Shown here piece by piece: positions 26,740 to 39,843 of a DNA stretch of 64,000 nucleotides; the stretch's first letter is position 1, and every line of letters begins with the position of its first letter. The DNA comes from Octopus sinensis. Taxonomy: Eukaryota. The position numbers and the translations under genes are program-made. The stretch is taken from assembly GCF_006345805.1 (NCBI RefSeq), contig NC_043012.1, forward strand, positions 34,844,001-34,908,000, written 5' to 3'. The notes beneath the pieces were generated by a model, which saw nothing but the letters and a program-made list of their open reading frames with translations, had not been told where the DNA came from and did not search any database.

Positions 26740-27106
26740 TCGGTCTTAATATATATGAATAACTTAAAATTGGTTTTACGTCATCTGCATTTCCTAATTG
26801 CTGAAAGCTTTGGAATAAATTGAGTTGTATTCCTGCAAATACGATTTGTGAATTTCTTTCATGCATTCATTTAATCGTAATTAGTCCGTTTCATTAAAAC
26901 TGCACATATCCACCCACCACCATCCCTACAGTATAAAGAAATATTGCAAGTGAGAGGTGTCAACCAATTCAGTTTACCAGGATATCCTTATAATTTGGTA
27001 TTATTACCACCGAGAAGCCAGCGAAGTGTGAAGGAAGCCTTCGAAACGGAAATGCAACATTTATGAGAGTGTGTGCGTGTGCATAACGATATAAGAATGA
27101 CTAACG

Positions 27107-27149
<43 letters not shown>

Positions 27150-27472
27150 TTGTGTTGCAAAGAAAATAATTTTCTTTAACTTCTTGTATTCTTCGAATGT
27201 GCTCTCACTCCTTGGAGAGGAACGGTTTTATTAAAGAATTTGGAAAAGATCTGTTGTGGTGAATTATTTGTAGACATTTTAGTTGTCAAAAAAAGAAAGA
27301 AAGAAAGAAAAAGAAATCAACGTGAAATACACGAACGTTTGTAATGTAAAGGTATAAACAGCCTTTCGATTGAGACATATAAAAGAATAAGAACTTAAGG
27401 GAGAAGGTAAGTCGGCGATCTTTCCACCCTGACAACCGAGACCGGCTTACGATAATGTTTACGTGCATGCAC

Positions 27473-27573
27473 TACTCTTTTTTACTCTTTTACTTGTTTC
27501 AGTCATTTGACTGTAGCCATGCTGGAGCACCGCCTTGACGGGTTTCTGTCAAACAAATAGACATACACACACA

Positions 27574-27604
<31 letters not shown>

Positions 27605-27972
27605 GCGCACGCACACACGCACACACACATACACACACACATACACACACGCACACACTTGGCACTTATTCATACATATAAGCTCGGTGCTTATTCTATC
27701 GTCTCTTTTGCCGAACTGTTAAGTTACGGAGACGTAAACACACCAACACCGGTTGCCAAGCGGTGGGTGGGGACAAATACAGACACACAGAAACACGCAC
27801 ATAGACGGCACATATATACGACGGGCTTCTTTCTGTTTCCGTCTACCAAATCCATTCACAAGGCTTTGGTCGACCCGAGGCTATAATAGAAGACATTTTC
27901 CCAATATACCACGCTGTGGAACTGAGCCCAGAACTGTGTGGTTAGGAAGTAAGCTCTTAGCACGCAACCATG
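27473..27972 (-). mobile_element. SINE family E, full-length
   Basis: Homologous to 19586-20043; possible TSD TGCATGCAC. Confidence 0.85.
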
Positions 27973-27996
27973 CATGCATGCACAAATACATACACT

Positions 27997-29011
27997 GGTT
28001 CACAAGGAAACAGAAATACCAAAATTACACACTGTTTATTTGCGGATGACTTGAAACTTTATGCAAAGAATAAGCATGAAATGAAAAAGAGCCTTGGCCT
28101 AGTTACGACATTCTCAAAGGATGTAAGGTTGGAGTTTGGTTAGGATAGATGTTGTTATATGGTTGTGAAAAGAGATAGAACTATAAACCAGACTAGCAAC
28201 ATCTCCATCAATGATTTGACTGTTTATCCTGTATCTGCCAAGGAATGTTACAGGTATCTAGGGGTGGATGAAAACATATCTTACAACGGCACCTGTAACA
28301 AAACACATGTCACTAAAGAATATTACAACCGAATAAAGGAAATTTGGACTTCAGAACTCTCTGCATTCAATAAAACAGTGGCCCACAATGAGTTTGCAGG
28401 GCCAGTACTCATACCAACATTTGGGCTGCTTGATTGGACGCTTGATGAAATCCGAGCCATTAATGCGAAAATCCGGAAAATACAAACAAGCACACAAAAT
28501 TTCCACATAAACAGCGACAGAGAACGCCTCTACCTAAAAAGAAAACAAAGCGGCAGAGGCTTAACATCGATCCAAAATGCTTTTGGATGTCATATTATAT
28601 CCCTTCGGCGACATCTTTTAGCCACCAAGTATCGAAGTGCATCCCTTGACCAAGTTTGCATACATGAGGCTGACAACATCATAAGACTTGGAATGCAACT
28701 CCTTGAACAACATTCCTCGTCTGATAACCTTAAATAGATGCCCAAAGAAGCCGTACAACTCTACCGCAACGTATCATCAAATGAAAGGACGAGCCTATAT
28801 GAGCAGAAGACTATGCATGGATATGCTAGTAGAAAACTCCGAGATGATATAATGATTTGGGATAGAGAAGAAAAACTGTGTACAATTGTGGAAATCAGCT
28901 GCCCAGCAGATGTTAACATAAAGAACATACCTACGCTGAACTATTGAAAAATCTGCAGTTACTCTACCTAGATTACAAGTTCAGGTGTATACCTATAATT
29001 ATTGGGGACCT
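27997..29011 (+). pseudogene. R4/Dong-clade retrotransposon relic: end of RT domain fused to the RLE region
   Basis: ITHCLFADDLKLYAK...LEFG*DRC...YRYLG...RLYLKRKQSGRG, then MHG...IMIWDREEKLCTIVEISCP; in-frame stops at 28141 and 28735. Confidence 0.88.
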
Positions 29012-29034
29012 ATAAACTGTTATAGTATCTTGTA

Positions 29035-29346
29035 TCGTCGGTTATGGCGACAAGTGTTTTAGTTGATGTGATCAATGAAACAGCATGCTCAAGAAATTGA
29101 AGTGCAAGTGGCTGAGTACTCCACAGACACGCGTACTCTTCACGTAGTTCTCAGAGAGATTCAACATGACACAGAATATGACATGGTTGGCCTTTTAAAT
29201 TACAGGTAAAGTTCATTTTTGCCAGCTGAATGAACTGGAGCAATGAGAAATAAAGTGTCTTGCTCAAGGACACAACCCTCTGCCAAGAATCGAACTCACG
29301 ATCTTACGATGGTGAGCTGAATACCCTACCCACTAAGTCACGCACA
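29035..29346 (-). mobile_element. SINE family D, diverged
   Basis: Homologous to 14200-14512. Confidence 0.78.
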
Positions 29347-29353
29347 ATTGCAG

Positions 29354-29401
29354 ATAGATAGATAGGTAAACAGACAGGCAGACAGATAGACAGACTGACA
29401 A

Positions 29402-29479
<78 letters not shown>

Positions 29480-29491
29480 TGACAGACAGAC

Positions 29492-29566
<75 letters not shown>
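29354..29566. repeat. (GATA)n/(GACA)n microsatellite
   Basis: Seen directly; similar arrays at about 61175-61370 and 61622-61725. Confidence 0.95.
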
Positions 29567-30155
29567 AGGAGACAGAGACAAAGACAGTGCCACTGAGAGG
29601 ATAGTTTCAACCGAGAAATATCTTCAGTACTTTGCAGCAGAGGGCTGGAACGAGAGGCTGCCTTGTTTGAATAGATCTCCAGTAAACAGCTGGGATGTAC
29701 AACAAAGCTGAACACATTTGATGACATATGACACCAATTAACATTGTCGTTTAGCACGTCCTCAGCCTAATGCTACTACTACTACCACTTCAGAAAGTCA
29801 TGAGATTGGAGCCATTCTTTGGTGGGGAGGGGCTACAGATAAAATGTATATAAGCATAAATAATGATGAAAAAAAAAAAAGGAAACAGATAAGGAGGGGA
29901 AAAGAATTGAATTTATTGTGGGAGAGAAAATGTGAAGGGGTTGAGATAATGAAAAGAAAGAAGAAAAAATGGAAAAGATAAAAATAAAAAAAATAAATGA
30001 AACAAATAACAAAAAGAAAAAGAAGTTTGATAAAGTTACAGATGAAAGTAAAAATTCTTAATTATTTTTCATAACAGCTCCATGGCTTTGTGAAGATTTA
30101 TGATGGGTGATGTGTGTGTTGTCATAGTCAAATAAGAGACAGCAGCAGCAGCGGT

Positions 30156-30522
30156 GGAGGCGCAATGGCCCAGTGGTTACGGGCAGCGAACTCGCGGTCG
30201 GAGGATCGCGGTTTCGATTCCCACACCGGGCGTTGTGTGTGTTTATTGAGCGAAAACACCTAAAGCCCCACGAGGCTCCGGCAGGGGTGGGGATGGGGGT
30301 GGCGACACCTGTTGTACTCTTTCGCCCCAACTTTCTCTCACTCTTTCTTCCTGTTTCTTGTCCCCGACTTCCTACACAACCGCTGAGCCTGGATGCGCAT
30401 TCATCCATCCGTCGATGCTCTCGGTGTCGGGGGTTGACCTGCTTTCTCTTCTGCGGGTCTTACGAATAGCAAAAGACTACGATTCGAACTTCTACTCTGG
30501 GACGAAAACCGCTTCGCTCAAC
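30156..30522 (+). mobile_element. SINE family B
   Basis: TSD CAGCAGCAGCGGT at 30143-30155 and 30522-30534. Confidence 0.9.
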
Positions 30523-30549
30523 AGCAGCAGCGGTTTGATGTCAGACAGG

Positions 30550-30590
<41 letters not shown>

Positions 30591-31286
30591 TATTAATGTC
30601 TGTGTATGCACTCATGTATACTTACATATATGAATGTTTTTGAGTTAATGTGTTCGTGAACGAACATTTCTATGTTCGAAGTTTCGAACTCACCGTCACC
30701 CCTTTTCTTGGAAACATATAATATATAAATGCAATTTGAATAGACCATGTGTTCAGAGCTTAGGGATTGCTAGGAGACGGAGGATGTCTTATAAAAACCT
30801 GCTTAAACCAAAGCAAGAAATTACTAGTAGTTCATATCTTTAAACTGTGTACACTAAATGATATGCATGCATGCGTATGTATGTATGTATGTATGTATGT
30901 ATGTATGTATGTATGTATGTATGTATGTATGTATGTATGTATGTATGTATGTATGTATGTATGTATGTATGTATGTATGTATGTATGTATGTATGTATGT
31001 ATGTATGTATGTACAGACAGATAGAGAGAGAAGGGGAGAGAGAGAAAGAGTGAATGTGAGAGAGTGAGTGAGTGAGAGAGAAAGAAATGAAGATATATAT
31101 CGCAGATCAAATGTTTTAGTTTGGAAACTCCACTTTCGTTAATGCAGTAGCTTATCAGTTTCCGATGAGCTTTAGAATTAGCGAAAGTAGAGTTTCTTTC
31201 CTATAACATTAAATCTGTACATTATCAGTAATTCGTATAGATTCCGCTTTGGATATCTGATTCAAGAATTTACATGAGTGTGTGCG

Positions 31287-31326
<40 letters not shown>

Positions 31327-33388
31327 TATTCTACACATGGAAATTCATACGAATATGCGAAAAAAATGGCGCGTATTTAGCTATTATTTTTAGCACATCT
31401 TATGACCACCTCATACCTCATATGTTTTAAGCATTTAGTAAGCGAGAAAGGACCACGTAATAAACAGCTTGGTTTCTTACTATGGAAACAAACATCTATA
31501 TGTCTGTGGCGTTCGATTAGCTAAAATTGACTTATGGCAAAAATGAATTTCATGCCAATAATTACCATACAAAACTACACCAACACACCAAATATGAAAT
31601 TAATTGCAACAAAAAATTAAAGAAATTGAAAGGTGGCAGCCAAACAGGAAAGATCCAAATCGGCGACTGGATTTTCGAAATATATTTGGAGATTAAAGCA
31701 AAACAGTTGCAATAACTTTAACATAAACTGGTCGATCCTTGTTTTCGCACCTGCTTAAGCATGGCAACCGTAGACAGAAGCTGGGTTGACACTTTTGCCA
31801 AAACGATTTTAATATCACTGAAGAACAGGAGAAAGTTGAATTCAAAGTCATTAGGAATTGTAGATGGAAGTATTGGCTATGTAGCGTTCCCAGGAGAAAT
31901 CCATTGCAGAAAAGTTTCCAAATGGAAGTTTTTTATTTTCTATTTTCAATTCCTTCTTCATTTTTAACGTACCTATTTCTTTAAAACCTAATCCACGTTG
32001 TAGATTGTTTTTTTAACATACTATATATAGCTTTTGAACGTGAAGTCAATTTGGAATACCTGAAAATGATATTTTTCTCACCGTGTGTTTCTCCAGTTCA
32101 TTTTCTCATTTACTGGCTTCTTTGATTTTTTTTAGTATATGAGCGTGAAAGACGTTTTGTGAACGGCCTCACACACCTCCACTAAATGTGATAGAATTGT
32201 ATCGTAATTTTTATTTATTTATCCATTTAGTTTTCAGTCAGTATGCATTTGGTAAGGTTACAATGATAATTTATTTATCAACCCCTTTAATTTCAGCTTA
32301 TGCATAGATAGATATTTTGAAGAAATTTGGTGTTATCTCAAGCTTGTACATGAGTTGTGAGCTTTGCGATGAGAGTAAAGGCAAAGAAATGGAATTGGGA
32401 TATAGTAAAAAAAAATATGGAGAGGAAGTGAGGATAGAGTTTATTTAGATTATTAACAGTATTAGCTAGCCTAATTAAGTATGGTGTAAGGCTCACTGTT
32501 TGTGCAAATAACCAGGGTTATTTTTGCTTTCTATTTAATGCTACGCAGACTCTCCCTATACCATTAATTCGATGTGTTATTAATAATGTCGACGATTCTT
32601 TTCCCTTCTTTCACTCCCTTTTATCCCCACATCTCTCTATCTGGTTGACATGCACTCTGTTTCCCTCCCACGGTCATCACATCCGCCTCTGGACTGAGTC
32701 ATCTTTTTCACTCGTTACTCCTGATTCTGCAACTAACTTCCTTTCCAACTTCACTTGTCATAATATGAGTGACGTAACTCTCATACAAAATGGCGTCCTA
32801 GGGCCTAACGTTTTCTCAGGACTACGTTTTTCATGCTCTTATGATTTATATATTTTATTTGTTTTATATTTTTACTTTAATGTTTTACAATTTTTGCTTT
32901 GTTTTTAAAGTTTTTCTAAGTTTCATTTTGTCTCGCGTACAAACGCATTTTTGTCAAACGTACAAGCTCCAATTTTTTAAATCTTACGTGCGAGCTCTCA
33001 AACTCCCAAACAGCGTTAATCTTCTTGTTTTAGCATACTTGAAACTGCTGAGTAGGCTGGTCTGCTTTTCGTGTCGAAACTGATGATATCAGCTGAGGAT
33101 GGGTTTTCCTTGTTTATGCAGTATCTTTTCGTTCATTCGTTGGTGTCTCTTCATCACCAACTCAAGAAACTCTTTTTTTAGTTCTACTTCTACTTGTAAT
33201 TTCCTTATTTCTTATGCAGTGGGTTTGTTAAAAATTTGTAGAGGGACCAATTGTTACCGATACTTTTATATTAGATTCATTTAATTAGAAATTTTAAAGT
33301 TTAAATAAAAGATATGAGCCCATACATACACACACACATACATACGTATATACCATATATACGTACATACATACATACATACATACAT

Positions 33389-33419
<31 letters not shown>

Positions 33420-34130
33420 AATACGTACGTACATACATACATACATACATACATACATACATACATACATACATACATACATACATACATACATACATAC
33501 ATACATACGTATGTGTGTGTGTTTGTGTATACGAGTAAATGAATATCTACACATATCGAACATAACAGGTTGCAGCTGCTCTGCTCTGAGACATACAATC
33601 TTAAAGTGCTCCATAAATAATGAACAACAAGTTAGAATATTCGGGCTACGGTACGGAATAATATATCTTTATCTATTTATTTATTTCTCTCAATATTCAT
33701 ATATATATATATATCTTCAACAACCGGTACATAGCAACATCGACCAGGTTTAACTCCACGCTGTTTGTGTGAATATTTCACCAAGGAAAAATAGTCTACC
33801 TAAAGAACTATCTGTATCAAGAGACTCGTGCACGGCATTGAGGCCACAACTTCTACATGTGTAGTAACCGGCCTCTGTCAACTGACAGCCAACATCTTGT
33901 TATAGAACTCTTACTATTGTGTACCTCATGAACTGGTAAACAATTTCCATCTTAACTCAATATGCTGAGACTTATCTTATGCTCTGTATTCCTGTTGTAT
34001 ATGTATACACCTTTGTCTGTAACTTCTGTCGCACACACGAACACACAGACACAAATACTATGCGCACGCATTCATACACAACACTACGCTAGCACTCACA
34101 ACACTTTCACTTTTTACACTGTGTAAATAA

Positions 34131-34745
34131 AGTTAGTTAGTTAATTTTTTGGCTCAAAAAGCAAAAAAGCAAGGCCATGTAGGGGGACATGGAGTTATGT
34201 ACAGGGTGGTGTTCATGTAAAGAGTTCAGGCCACTTGTGGTCAAGGGAGACTTTGAACCGAGCGGTCGTCGGCATCTTCACCATCTCGTCCGGCAGCTTA
34301 TTCCACGGATCCGCAACCCGGACGGAGAAAGCCCCTCCTTCGATTGAGATGAAATCGTCGCAGATAGAGCTTTTCGGAGTGACCCCGCAGCCGACGCTCT
34401 GGAGCAGGAGTGAAGAACAGCTCCTTCGAGAGGTTACACTTTCCGCTTATGATGTTGTGAGCAAGAATGAGATCACCACGGCGTCGTCGTTTTTCTAGAG
34501 AATAAAGGTCGAGCGTCTTCAGCCTTTCTTCATAAGACAAATTCTTGAGACCAAGAACTATGCGGGTAGCCAGCTTCTGGACTCTTTCGAGATGCTGTAT
34601 GTCTTTGAGGAGATAAGGAGAAGAGGCTTGAATCCCGTACTCCAATATGGGTCTCACCAGCGTGACATAGAGCGGTAGGAATAAGTCTTCTCTCTCAAAC
34701 AGTAGAACGGCTTGTCGTCCTTCATTATATCTTTTGGCACTGTAT
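34131..34745 (-). mobile_element. CR1-clade LINE, 3' fragment
   Basis: LYVTLVRPILEYG...LERVQKLATR...YEERLKTLDLYSLEKRRRRGDLI, then 3' UTR and (TAAC)n tail. Confidence 0.88.
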
Positions 34746-35899
34746 GTTATATCATGTATCTGGCTTCTTATTTTGTTAGGGACGACCGTGCGGCGTTCAA
34801 AAGGAGACATTTGTCACTAACTTCTTACGTACGATCGTATATATTTCCTACAAATTTTAGCGACATTTTTTATCCAGCTCTATTTCTTGGGGACTTTTCC
34901 CATCAGTTTTAACTCATAATTTATAGAAAAATTTTTTCGTCGTTTACAAAGGTTTAATAATCCTGTGTCCGTTTAAACCCCCTTAACTCCCTATCCTTGT
35001 CTTCTATCTGTGTCAACTAGAATTCTTTACGCTTTAAAATTCGTTCTCCTACTCAAATCGTTCGGAGCGGGTCTTATCTGCTTTTGAGCGATCTGAAATA
35101 TCTAACCCATTGTAATGCTTCATAACTTATTTCCAGTAAAAGTCTTGCAGATATAACCTTTCCATTTTTCTTTTTATCTAACTCTCTGAATTTTTCTTTT
35201 TTTTCAAATTAAGTTTTCCCTTTTTTTTCTTCCTGTCCGGTCTTCCGTAACTATAATTCATTGCATTATTTATTTATTTATTTATTTATTCACTTTTGCT
35301 TTCGTTAATTCCTCTCATCTGTTCTTGCTTAATTCCTTTTCCTCTTCCCTTACTTAGCCTTCCGTAATTCTTTCTCACTCGCCTTCCATACCACTTAAGT
35401 CTGCTTGTTTCACTTCAGTCTTAGATAAAACCGTATCAGTAATAGACACTTAAGCAAACAACTCGCCAAGGCATTAAGTTTTCAAATAAACCATTCCAGT
35501 TACATTTCAACGTTTTATTACAGCAATAAAAAAACAAGCTAAATAAATAAACAAATAAAACGATAGCTGACGTCATCATATATGCATTTTTCTTCGTCGG
35601 CGGCGGCGGCGGCGTGGATGTTTTTTTTATTTACTTATTTGTTTTATTTACCCGTTTTTTTTCCGTTTCCTTCTTTGGCTTCTTTCTCTCTGCCTTAATG
35701 ATGCCTATTTACCAGCCTTTGACAAGAGTAAAGAGAGGTCTTTACACTGTCCCCGCGATAAAGGAAGTAATGCATGTGCATGCGTGTGCGCGCGCTCGTG
35801 AGTACAGACTTGCTTTTTCTTCATCGTGGATGAGTCACATGAGGGACAAGGGTGACTTAGGAGACAGGAAAGACAGCGGACTTTCGATGGCGCAAAGGT

Positions 35900-35977
35900 G
35901 GCGGTGGTGGTGGTGGTGGCAATGATGTTATGATAGTAATGGTAATAGTGATGATGGTGATGATGATGATGATGATA

Positions 35978-36010
<33 letters not shown>

Positions 36011-36183
36011 GTGGTTGTAGTGGTGGTGGTGGTGGTGGTGGTGGTGATGATGATGATGGTGATGATGATAATGGTGATGATAATGATGATGATGATGGTG
36101 GTGGTGATGGTGGTGATGGTGGCAATGATGTTATGATAGTAATGGTAATAGTGATGATGGTGATGATGATGATGATGATGATA

Positions 36184-36240
<57 letters not shown>

Positions 36241-36333
36241 ATGATGATGATGATGATGATGGTGGTTGTAGTGGTGGTGGTGGTGGTGGTGGTGGTGGTG
36301 ATGATGATGATGGTGATGATGATAATGGTGATG

Positions 36334-36383
<50 letters not shown>

Positions 36384-36580
36384 GGTGGTGGTGATGGTGG
36401 TGATGGTGGCAATGATGTTATGATAGTGAGGGTAATAATGAAGATGATGATGATGATGGTGGTGGTGGTGGTGGTGGTGATGATGATTATGATGATGATG
36501 ATGGAGATGGTTGTGGTGATCATACTGGCGATGGAGATGATGGTGATATTGATAATGTTGATGGTAGTAATAATGATGGC
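35900..36580. repeat. Compound (GAT)n/(GGT)n microsatellite with higher-order duplication
   Basis: Anchor GGCAATGATGTTATGATAGT recurs at about 35918, 36121 and 36408. Confidence 0.9.
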
Positions 36581-36784
36581 AGAATCGTTAGCGCGCCGGG
36601 CGGTATTTCGTCTGCCGTTATGTTCTGAGTTCAAATTCCGCCGAGGTCGACTTTGCCTTTCATCCTTTCGGGGTTAATAAATTAAGTACCAGTTTCGCAC
36701 TGGGGTCGATGTAATCGACTTAATCCCTTTGTCTCTCCTTGTTTGTCCCCTCTGTGTTTAGCCCCTTGTGGGTAGTAAAGAAAT
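36577..36784 (+). mobile_element. SINE family A with small internal deletion
   Basis: Family A consensus; flanks TAATAATGATGG. Confidence 0.85.
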
Positions 36785-37213
36785 ATGTAATAATAATGAT
36801 GGGTGATGATGGTGGTGATAGTGATGGTGATGATGATAGTGATGGCATGGTAGTGATGGTGTTGATAGAATTGTTGATTGCCTATCCTATTACTGGTACA
36901 GTAACCAAGAAGCCTAATTCACTCTCTCCCTCTTTCTCTCTCCCACTCTCTTTCTAATCTCTACCTCTCTATATCTTCCTACATCTCTCACTGGACGTAA
37001 CCAACAACAGATGTATCTCATATGCGCCATTCCAATCTTCTTCATGTAACACCCCTAACCCCCTAAAATCACGAAGTATGCGTTAATAAACTCTGATGTG
37101 CAAAAAGACGGGAGGGGGTCGCGGCTGAAACCTATTGAATCATAGGTGTGTCCAGTCAGAGCTGTCTTGGGGCTAAGCAACAACACCAACAAACAGTATA
37201 AGCAGCAGCAACA

Positions 37214-37581
37214 GGAGGCGCAATGGCCCAGTGGTTAGGGCAGCGAACTCGCGGTCGGAGGATCGCGGTTTCGATTCCCAGACCGGGCATTGTGTGTGTT
37301 TATTGAGCGAAAACACCTAAAGCTCCACGAGGCTCCGGCAGTGGGGTGGGGTGTGACGACCCCTGTTGTACTCTTTCGCTCCAACTTTCTCTCACTCTTC
37401 CTCCCTGTTTCTTGTCCCCGACTTCCTACGCAACCGCTGAGCCTGGATGCGCATTCATCCATCCGTCGATGCTCTCGGTGTCGGGGGTTGACCTGCTTTT
37501 TCTTCTGCAGATCTTACGAATAGCAAAGGACCACGATTCGGACTTCTCAGAAGACCGCTTCGCTCAACAAACAAACAAACA
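37214..37581 (+). mobile_element. SINE family B
   Basis: 14-bp TSD AAGCAGCAGCAACA at 37200-37213 and 37582-37595. Confidence 0.9.
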
Positions 37582-37875
37582 AAGCAGCAGCAACAACAAC
37601 AACAACAGCAACAAGGACTGAAGCCTTAAGTTGCATCGCTACGGCCGAATGAGTTGCAGAATTCTTTACTGTCAGTCCAGTAATGCATTACACTTCCCCC
37701 TTTAACTTCATCCATCCCCTTCTCATTCTTTCTTAATAGTTTCCATTTATTAATGTCCTTGAACTCACACCTCCAGTTGTCTACTTTTCCTTATTTCTCA
37801 CCACCACCGACCGTAACCCAAATATTCATTTTGGTTCACCTTTTGAAGATCTGCTGCTGCTGTTGCTGTTGCTGC

Positions 37876-37938
37876 TGAGCGAACGGTCTTCGTCCCAGAT
37901 CTCGCAAGATGGGAGAAGTCCGAAACGCGGTCCTTTGC
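37876..37938 (-). mobile_element. SINE family B, 3' stub
   Basis: Family B tail abutting a (CTG/TTG)n run at 37851-37875. Confidence 0.8.
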
Positions 37939-38052
37939 ATTTCACTCGATTATTCTCCAAAACTGGAAAGGGTTTGTGTTTGTACTAATTGCCAATACAC
38001 TTTAGCCCTTACCCACTGTACAACTGTGTCATGGTATTTTCTGTATTACTAA

Positions 38053-38284
38053 CAAGCGGCGAACTGGCAGAAACGTTAGAACACCGGACGAAATGCTTAA
38101 CAGTATTTCGTCTGCCTTTATGTTCTGAGTTCAAATTCCGCCAAGGTCGACTTTGCCTTTCATCCTTTCGGGGTCGATTAAATAAGTACCAGTTACGCAC
38201 TGGGGTCGATATAATCGACTTAATCCGTTTGTCTGTCCTTGTTTGTCCCTTCTGTGTTTAGCCCCTTGTGGGTAGTAAAGAAAT
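38053..38284 (+). mobile_element. SINE family A
   Basis: 20-bp TSD GGTAT(T/G)TTCTGTATTACTAA at 38033-38052 and 38286-38305. Confidence 0.9.
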
Positions 38285-38440
38285 AGGTATGTTCTGTATT
38301 ACTAATAGACCAGTTTTGAGTATTTCTTAACTACATGTCTGTTTCAGAGGAGTTTCTGCACAATCTACACAGAAGTGCTTTTATTGTTTTATCAATGCTG
38401 TACTTATTATTATTATTATTGTTGGTGGTGATGTTGCTGT

Positions 38441-38815
38441 TAAGCGAACGGTCTTTGTCCCAGAGCTCGCAAGATGGGAGAAGTCCGAAACGTGGTCCTT
38501 TGCTATTCGTAAAACCCGCAGAAGTAAAAGCAGGTCAACCCCCGACACCGAGAGCATCGACGGATGGATGAATGCGCATCCAGGCTCAGCGGTTGCGTAG
38601 GAAGTCGGGGACAAGAAACAGGAAGAAAGAGTGAGAGAAAGTTGGGGCGAAAGAGTACAACAGGGGTCGCCACCTAACCCTAACCCTGCCGGAGCCTCGT
38701 GGAGAGTTAGGTGTTTTCGCTCAATAAACACACACAACGCCCGGTCTGAGAATCGAAACTGCGATCCTCCGACCGCGAGTCCGCTGCCATAACCACTGGG
38801 CCATTGCGCCTCCAC
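38441..38815 (-). mobile_element. SINE family B
   Basis: Full family B consensus; flanks GTTGCTGT and TTGCTGCTGCTG. Confidence 0.88.
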
Positions 38816-38907
38816 TTGCTGCTGCTGCTGTAGTAGTAGTGGTTGTTGTTGTTTTTGTTGTTGTTATATTCGAATGAAGAGACCTGAGTTAATTCAAAGA
38901 TTCAAGC

Positions 38908-39123
38908 GAGGTCATTGCCAGTACCGCCTGACTGGCCCCCGTGCCAGTGGCCCGTAAAAAGCATCCACTACACTCTCGGAGTGGTTGGCGTTAGGAAGGG
39001 CATCCAGCTGCAGAAACTCTGCCAAATCAAGATTGGAGCCTGGTGCGGCCGTCTGGTTCGCCAGCCCTCAGTCAAAATCGTCCAACCCATGCTAGCATGG
39101 AAGGCGGACGTTAAACGATGATA
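38908..39123 (+). mobile_element. 3' part of an RTE-tailed SINE (family F)
   Basis: GGCGTTAGGAAGGGCATCCAGCTG ... GCATGGAAGGCGGACGTTAAACGATGAT, typical RTE-type tail. Confidence 0.65.
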
Positions 39124-39476
39124 TCAGATATAAATTGATTGCCAGACATAAATCTAGATTGTTGCAGCAAGATTTAATTCGTAGAAATTACATGCTGACG
39201 ATTAGCAGAGTTGTCTCGTTCCACTTTTAGCAGATGTGCACGAAAACTGTTGATGGGACAGACACACCCTTTCCACATCCAAAACAGGAGTGGTTGCATC
39301 ATTGAAAGCAAAGTGGATAGAATTTATAACTGTCGCTTCATAAGACAAACTTTTAAAATTTCAGTGTAAAGTTTTAGAAACCACCAAAAATAAAGAAAAC
39401 AAAAATCTGATGGCTTTCATCAATAAACATCTGGATCCGGCTAAAATGTGTGCTCTTCCCGACAAAACAAGACTAT

Positions 39477-39660
39477 AGGCGCAGGCGTGGCTGTGTGGGA
39501 AGCTTGCTGCAGCCACATGGTTCCGGGTTCAGTCTCACTGCGTGGCACCTTGGATAAGTGTCTTCTACTAAAACCTCAAGCCAACCAAAGTCGTGTGAGT
39601 AGATTTGATAGACGGAAACTGAAAAAAGCCCGTTGAATATATACATACATTCATACATAC
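39477..39660 (+). mobile_element. SINE family E, 5' half, diverged
   Basis: Head and core homologous to the 19586-20043 element. Confidence 0.75.
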
Positions 39661-39689
39661 ATATATATATTTTACGAAAAAAACAAAAG

Positions 39690-39843
39690 ACGAAGACAGG
39701 TGGTGTACAAAACAAACAGATGTATAACGCTCAGGAATAGAAAAAAGTCTTTAATGTTTCGAGCCTACGCTCTTCTACAGAAAGGGACAGAGAAAAAACA
39801 AGGAGAGAAAAAGTGTGTGTAGTGGCTAACGATCTATCATGGG
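39690..39843 (-). mobile_element. Penelope-like terminal fragment with a degenerate minimal hammerhead motif (39749-39784)
   Basis: Minus strand: CUUU-CUGUAGA-A-GAGC(GUAG)GCUC-GAAAC-AUU-AAAG. Confidence 0.45.

Noticed and set aside
30156-30230. tRNA genes at the heads of families B, D and E
   Set aside because: A/B-box-like motifs are present but there is no acceptor stem closure; they continue into SINE bodies with TSDs.
33800-34130. Possible solo LTR (AATAAA next to the CR1 tail)
   Set aside because: No TG...CA boundaries, TSD or second copy identified.
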